Source: Octopus sinensis
Lineage: Eukaryota
Assembly (NCBI RefSeq): GCF_006345805.1
Contig: NC_043021.1
Location: 11,904,001-11,968,000 of the forward strand
Direction: 5' to 3'
DNA length: 64,000 nt
The notes under the pieces: generated by a model
The model's database searches: none
What the model was told of the DNA's origin: nothing
What the model saw: the letters and a program-made list of their open reading frames with translations, nothing else
Shown here: positions 57,686-64,000 of the stretch, one piece after another
How positions within the stretch are numbered: position 1 is the stretch's first letter
How the letters are laid out: the number at the start of each line of letters is the position of its first letter
Made by a program: the position numbers and the translations under genes

Positions 57686-58139
57686 AATGTGGCAAAAAGA
57701 AATGAGATACTTACTCACACCCATGGAAGAAGCGAACACTAAGTCATGAGCACAATTAAGTACCTCAAATACATCCAAAATAGAAATACTCCAGCCCATT
57801 CAAGACACGTGCGATTTGAACTAATGCTCTCACAGAATATTTTTTCGGAAAAAATTTTATCCTACATTAGATATATATATATATATTTTCATATAGAGAT
57901 AGTAGGACCCTTCATCCCACCATATAAAAGAATTTTAATTTAAATACTTACTATTTATATCTCGGCTACACGTGTTTCTTGAGGTTCATTTCCCGGTTCC
58001 TTAACCACGCCGTGTTTTGCTGGAGCCTTTCTTAAAATATAGCCCCAATCATCAGGCCTCTACATCACTTTATCATAGTTTGATACTAAAAATTGTTTTA
58101 ATTTTTTAAACAAATATGTGTAAATAGGTTTGCCGGACC

Positions 58140-58540
58140 CTACTGTACAAGGTTGGCATATGAAGGTGCGAATTTTGTACCCATAGCCGTGCCCTTTATC
58201 TGTCAGTATGTCTTAAATGAGAATGTGTTTTCTTCAAGTATTAATTGGGTGGCTTTGGTGATAGTCGGTTTTGAAACGTTTATCTATGAGTTCCCTGTAT
58301 TTTTCTATGTGTGGTATGTTCGTGTATAAGTTTGTGACATCGAAGCTTGCAAATATGGTGTTTTCCAGAACTGAATTTGGAATGTGTTTGAGGAAGTCTG
58401 TCATCCCTTATGTAGCTTGGTATCAGTGGGCATAAAGATTTAAGGAGTACATCTATGAAGTGGCTTAGTTGTTGTTGGCGCCTGGGACCCTGCCACTATT
58501 GGTTTCATTGTGAGGTCTGCGGGCCTTTGAATTCTTATAG
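58140..58540 (-). pseudogene. Penelope-like element reverse transcriptase fragment
   Basis: TIFASFDVTNLYTNIPH and LILEENTFSF..Y*QIKGTAMGTKFAPSYANL. Confidence 0.9.
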
Positions 58541-58609
58541 TGGTTCCTCTCTTCTTTTATGCTTATAAATATCTGTAAATATAAGACCATCCAGATTTCT
58601 GAGTACCTC

Positions 58610-58611
<2 letters not shown>

Positions 58612-58697
<86 letters not shown>
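58612..58697. repeat. (TA)n microsatellite
   Basis: Visible directly. Others at ~15617-15657, 18712-18752, 50962-51018 and 56236-56280. Confidence 0.95.
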
Positions 58698-58699
<2 letters not shown>

Positions 58700-59170
58700 T
58701 TTTTCTTTTCCCCCGTCTGTCTTGATAGACAATGGGTCGCGCCAAGGGTGGGGCCTACTTTGATGATGAGCAGCGTCTGCTGTGACTGAACAGTCCAATT
58801 CTAGAGTGGCAGTCCCTGGTACAGTTGCTGCCCACGAACATCGATGGGTGCGTGTGGGGTGTTGCTGCAGTTGTCCTCCTCCTGTCCCGCCTGTCCGACC
58901 ACAGCTGTGCTCTCCTTTCCTCAGCCATGGAAACGCCTTTCCTCACTGTCCGACGCCAGGTAGAGCGGTCAGCAGCTGTTACCTCCCACGTGTCCACACA
59001 GATGTTGGCAGTCCTCAGGTCGCGCTTGCACACATCCCTGTATCGTAGCTGTGGACGTCCCTTGGGTCGGGATCCCGTGGTGAGTTCGCTGTACAGGATG
59101 TCTTTAGGCATGCGACCGTCCTGCATGCGGCAGACGTGTCCGAGCCAGCGCAGTTTATATCTCGAGGTCG
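58698..59170 (-). mobile_element. RTE-clade LINE 3' fragment
   Basis: LRWLGHVCRMQDGRMPKDILYSEL...GRPQLRYRD...CHSRIGLFSHSRRC plus a short 3' UTR. Confidence 0.93.
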
Positions 59171-59570
59171 CTAGTGATGGCAACCCTCAAAATATATAAG
59201 ACTGGAATAGTAGTGCTCAAATGAGCTGTATTCAGTTATTAATCCGAGAGGGGGCAATGTGAGCCGCAACTAAAGGAACATTACAAAATCCACAGAAAGA
59301 TCAAACACATACATATATTCAATTATATCTACAGAACAGATATAAGGTCCGACGTTTAAAAATATAGTCATATATAAACATCATATAAAAATATATAAGA
59401 ATCAATGTTGTATATATATACGCTTAAAATCATAAAACATTTGGTATAAATTTGTCAAATTAAAAATTTGGAATTTTAATACGTCATTTTAATGTCATTG
59501 TATATTTTATTACCCCAGAGAAAACTACAGAGAAGGTAAATATAGAAATTTACAAAAATACATATATGTT

Positions 59571-59646
59571 CATCTACGGTTTCGGAGACGCGCCAATTAA
59601 TATGAAACATCATATATTTGAAATTGACACTCCCCTCGTCAGGATG
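59571..59646 (-). ncRNA. Type I hammerhead ribozyme candidate with an extended stem II
   Basis: CATC-CTGACGA-GGGGA...TCTCC-GAAA-CC-GTA-GATG, with a perfect 4-bp stem I and a GUA triplet. Confidence 0.7.
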
Positions 59647-59824
59647 TTTTTTTTTTTTTTTATACACAACACATAGTACATGGAAACAAATGCACAATTA
59701 CATACCAGCTATATGCGAAAGACCAGACATTACGTACTACCCCCAACCCAAAAAAAAAAAAATGGTGGAATGAAGGGGCCTACTATCTCTAAATGAATAT
59801 ATATGTATGTGTGTATATGTGTAT

Positions 59825-60190
59825 ATGGAGGCGCAATGGCCCAGTGGTTAGGGCAGCGGACTCGCGGTTTCGATTCCAAGACCGGGCGTTGTGAGTGTTT
59901 ATTGAGCAAAAACACCTAAAGCTCCACGAGGCTTCGGCAGGGGATGGTGGTGATCCCTGCTGTACTCTTTCACAACTTTCTCTCACTCTTACTTCCTGTT
60001 TCTGTTGTACCTGTATTTCAAAGGGCCGGCCTTGTCACTCTGTGTCACGCTGAATATCCCCGAGAACTACGTTAAGAGTACACGTGTCTGTGGAGTGCTC
60101 AGCCACTTACACGTTAATTTCACGAGCAGGCTGTTCCGTTGATTCGGATCAACCGGAACCCTCGTCGTCGTAACCGACGGAGTGCTTCCA
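59825..60190 (+). mobile_element. SINE family B, full length
   Basis: Matches the reverse complement of 4512-4883. Confidence 0.9.
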
Positions 60191-60354
60191 TCCATATGTG
60201 TATAAGTATATATGTGTGTGTGTGTGTGTGCGTATGGCAAGGTATACTTGTGAAGGTACGATTTAATGTTTGGGATTTGGGATTCATCGGAACTGCATTT
60301 GTCAATGTAAAGGGTTTTTACTTTCGTAAAAGTAAAGCACTATATTTGTTGGCA

Positions 60355-60579
60355 GTGAGCTGGCAGAAACGTTAGCACGCCGGGCAAAATGCTTAGCGGT
60401 ATTTCATCTGTCGTTACGTTCTGAGTTCAAATTCCGCCGAGATCGACTTTGCCTTTCATCCTTTCGGGGTCGATAAATTAAGTAACAGTTTCGCACTGGG
60501 GTTGATGTAATCGACTTAATCCCTTTGTCTGTCCTTGTTTGTCCCCTCCGTTTAGCCCCTTGTGGGTAGTAAAGAAATG
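60355..60579 (+). mobile_element. SINE family C with a 10-bp TSD
   Basis: TTTGTTGGCA at 60345-60354 and 60580-60589. Confidence 0.92.
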
Positions 60580-60608
60580 TTTGTTGGCATTAGTAAGCAC
60601 ATCAACTG

Positions 60609-60639
<31 letters not shown>

Positions 60640-61429
60640 AAATAAAACAGGCGTCGGAACTTGATGGGATCCTGGTTTTGCCAGCTCCTGTCAAGCCGTC
60701 CAACCTATTCCAGCATGGAAAACGAGTATGTTGTTTTGCTGTGAATTTACCTGACTGTAGATAAGCTTTGTCTATTTAGAATTAACCCATGGACCTTGCT
60801 AATACACCTATACCCCAACCTTTTCTCATAACTCTGAGGAAACGGGATGGGTCTTTTTTTTTTTTTTTTTTTTTTTTTCTTCTCTCTCTAATGAAACTTT
60901 CAGGCATAGTTTACAATTATATTAGAATTTAACGTGGGAAAGATTGGTGCGCACGCATTCGTACATCACATAATTTTTCTCAAAATGTGATTTAGTGGCT
61001 CCCATTGACTCAATTTTGTCATTTGCGAGGTCTTTTTCTTTGACTTTTAGGTAACCTGACATTTTAAGGATCGTAAGATACCTCGGAGAAAAATCAGGTT
61101 ACCTCTATAAATCGGTATATAACCAAGTGGTTTTCCTATGGCAAAATATTTTTCGGTACAAAACCAACACGTCTCCAATTCTTCGACATGATTCAGTATT
61201 TGTTCTTAAATTACAAATTCCTCCCATTTTCTGAATTTTTTGTGTCTACGTTAACTGATCGTTAATTTCTCTCTCTTTATCTTCACTTCGACATTCCGTC
61301 TCGAGTGTCTACCTTACGTTTCCTTTTCAAGGGAGGTAACTTCAACATTAGCTTTTAACTCCCTTGTGATGTATTCTATCATTTAACATTTTCCAAGCGG
61401 GCATAGGTTGGACGATTTGACGAAAGGCG

Positions 61430-61632
61430 ACGAGCTGGCAGAAACGTTAGCACACCGGGCGAAATGCGTCTGTCGTTACGTTGAGTTCAAATTCTGCCGA
61501 GGTCGACTTTGGTTTTCATCCTTTCGGGGTCGATAAATTACCAGTTACGCACTGGGGTCGATGTAATCGTCTTAATACCTATGTCTGTCCTTGTTTGTTC
61601 CCTCTGTTTTTAGCCCCTTGTGGGTAATAAAT
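61430..61632 (+). mobile_element. SINE family C
   Basis: Full head to tail, with an imperfect TTTGAC(G/A)AAAG TSD. Confidence 0.9.
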
Positions 61633-61981
61633 AGGTTTGACAAAAGCTAGCAAAATTAGGAGCCACGCCAGGTTTCATAGTCCGTTTTAGCATGGTTTTC
61701 CCTGCTCGATGCCCTTTCTAATGCCAACCACTTTACACATCTTGCTTTTAGATCAACTACAGTTAAAACCCTTTACGTTGACTAGTAGTGTCAATGAATC
61801 ACAAAATCCTAACATTAAATGGTGTTAATACAAATTAGATGCCGTGAATATTAAACGAGCAAATCGCATCAGAAGCATTAAATTTCACATATGGCAGCAG
61901 TCTGCTCTCAAGTATAGCTAGACCACTTCAAGCACAAATATAGCTTTAGTTCCTTAAGTGAGAACTGGTATGACTTTTGAG

Positions 61982-62207
61982 GCGGCGAGCTGGCAGAAAT
62001 GTTAGCACGCCGGGCGAAATGCGCAGCCATATTTCGTCTGCCGTTATGTTCTGAGTTCAATTTCTGCTGAGGTCGACTTTACCTTTCCTTTCGGGGATCG
62101 ATAAATTAAGTACCAGTTACGCACTGGAGTCGATATAATCGACTTAATCCTTTTGTCTGTCCTTGTTTGTCCCCTCTGTTTAGCCCCTTGTGGGTAGTAA
62201 AGAAATG
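61982..62207 (+). mobile_element. SINE family C with a 15-bp TSD
   Basis: GGTATGACTTTTGAG at 61967-61981 and 62208-62222. Confidence 0.93.
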
Positions 62208-62589
62208 GGTATGACTTTTGAGCCCAGATACTCTTTAAAAAATATCTAAGATATTGCAAATGCATCTCTTCAGAATCTGTTTCAGCTTTTTTTTTTTTTT
62301 TTTGTATCATTTGAGTGTTTTGATCTCTCTTTTGACCTCCGGAGGATTTGCACATTTTTTGCCAAAAATGATACTAAAAAGCATTTTGTATAAAACGATG
62401 GTATCAAGAGTTAATGCTATTTGATTGTAAACGAGAATTTTCCCTGGGTACCCTTACAGGAATTTTCTCCCGACTAGCTCTTTTATCAAGCACATAGCAT
62501 AACATGTTGAATAGTTTACTTGTGGCCGTCTTTGCTTCTTTTTCCACATTTTGTCTTGTCAATCGCTTGGAAGCTGGTAGTCTGCTTTG

Positions 62590-62716
62590 TATCTTGCGAG
62601 CCCGTTTTATCTTGCGAGCCCGTTTTATCTTGCGAGCCCGTTTTATCTTGCGAGCCCGTTTTATCTGGCGAGCCCGTTTTATCTGGCGAGCCCGTTTTAT
62701 CTGGCGAGCCCGTTTT
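62590..62716. repeat. 18-bp tandem repeat TATCT(T/G)GCGAGCCCGTTT x7
   Basis: Four T-variant copies followed by three G-variant copies. Confidence 0.97.
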
Positions 62717-63463
62717 CTCTCGCAATCATTAGCAAAAATTACGTTGGAATTTACTAATCTGCCATGGACTGACCAATTCTACTATATACATAGATACATA
62801 TGGACATTTGAATTTTCCACTTGAATTGGTTGGAAACTGGTAGTCTGTTTCGTATCCTTTCAATTTCCTGCAGATAAAGCCGTTTTTCATGTTGGGCAAA
62901 GCTATTGGAATCGATATCATTGTTTGTCTGGCAAAGCACCTGATCAACAAAAGGAATGCAATTTAGAAATGAAAAAAAAAAAACCCAGTGAACTTACTCA
63001 AAAGTTCAATGCCAACTTGCCTCTTTATCTGACAATCTATTGGCAAAAATGACATTGAGAATTATTAATCTGTCATGGCCTGACCCATTATACCATGTCA
63101 ATGGACAGTGCTGTTTTCTGTCTCAAATTAAATGTACAAGTGAAAGTTGCTTTGGTACGCATTTGCCGGATTTAGGATAAACTTGTGATTCATTCAGCAT
63201 TAATCCATGAACCATGGATTAATACAGGCTATGTTATCTTCCAATCTTCAACACTCATAAATTTAAACTACAGTGATACCACACAGCATGAATTTAATTC
63301 ATTCCATGACTGAGCTCATCTTATTTACTCGTTTTACAAATCAATTTTACTTGTTGAAATCAACTAAAACGTAATCTGTTCTAGCCCTCAAAAATAATTT
63401 TTAAGGGTTTTAAAACAAAAGCTGTTTCAAGTAAAATGACGATTACAAAAAATGTAAAAATAT

Positions 63464-64000
63464 GTAAACTGGTTTTATTAAATGAATTACCCTTAAAGCT
63501 GGGATGGTTTGTAAACTAGTTTTATTAACTGAATTACCTTAAAGCTGGGACAATTTATAAACTGGTTTTATTAACTGAAGTACCTTAAAGCTGGGACAAT
63601 TTATAAACTGGTTTTATTAACTGAAGTACCTTAAAGCTGGGACAATTTGTAAACTGGTTTTATTAAATGAATTACCCTTAAAGCTGGGACAATTTGTAAA
63701 CTGGTTTTATTAAATGAATTACCCTTAAAGCTGGGACAGTTTGTAAACTGGTTTTATTAAATGAATTACCCTTAAAGCTGGGACAGTTTGTAAACTGGTT
63801 TTATTAACTGAATTACCTTAAAGCTGGGACGGTTTGTAAACTGGTTTTATTAACTGAATTACCTTAAAGCTGGGACGGTTTGTAAACTGGTTTTATTAAA
63901 TGAATTACCTTAAACCTGGGACGGTTTGTAAACTGGTTTTATTAACTGAATTACCTTAAAGCTGGGACGGTTTGTAAACTGGTTTTATTAAATGAATTAC
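63464..64000. repeat. 46/47-bp satellite running off the window end
   Basis: About 11-12 copies of GTAAACTGGTTTTATTAA(A/C)TGAATTACC(C)TTAAAGCTGGGAC(AA/GG)TTT. Confidence 0.97.

Noticed and set aside
58000-58040. Minus-strand CTGATGA...GAAA string
   Set aside because: Stem II would be mostly G-U pairs, with no cleavage triplet or stem I.
62590-62716. CRISPR-like appearance of the 18-bp array (and of the 20-bp and 47-bp arrays)
   Set aside because: No unique spacers, no cas genes, and a eukaryotic context.

Overview
AT-rich, repeat-dense eukaryotic DNA, most likely cephalopod (Octopus-like). This is inferred from the tRNA-derived SINE families and the tandem C2H2 zinc-finger genes that lack an effector domain. 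The only clear host genes are two minus-strand poly-C2H2 ZNF ORFs (339-1472 and 16795-17850). The rest is mostly transposon-derived: three tRNA-SINE families, RTE, CR1, Penelope-like and Tx1/L1-clade retroelements, mariner remnants, piggyBac-like MITEs, non-autonomous Helitrons, a U6-RTE chimeric retrocopy, and mini/microsatellites. The most striking structure is 36280-52772, where what appears to be one ~0.5-kb Helitron is split by ~16 kb of head-to-tail Tx1-clade elements: an ORF1-only element, a full-length element, a recombinant duplicate and a truncated element. All four join at the same GGC(A/G)AAGAA-type junction. A short 3' stem-loop tail is shared by the Tx1 LINEs, the ORF1-only elements and one SINE family. 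Three hammerhead-ribozyme-like motifs are also present. Everything was read by eye; no database searches or alignments were run, and boundaries of degenerate elements are approximate.
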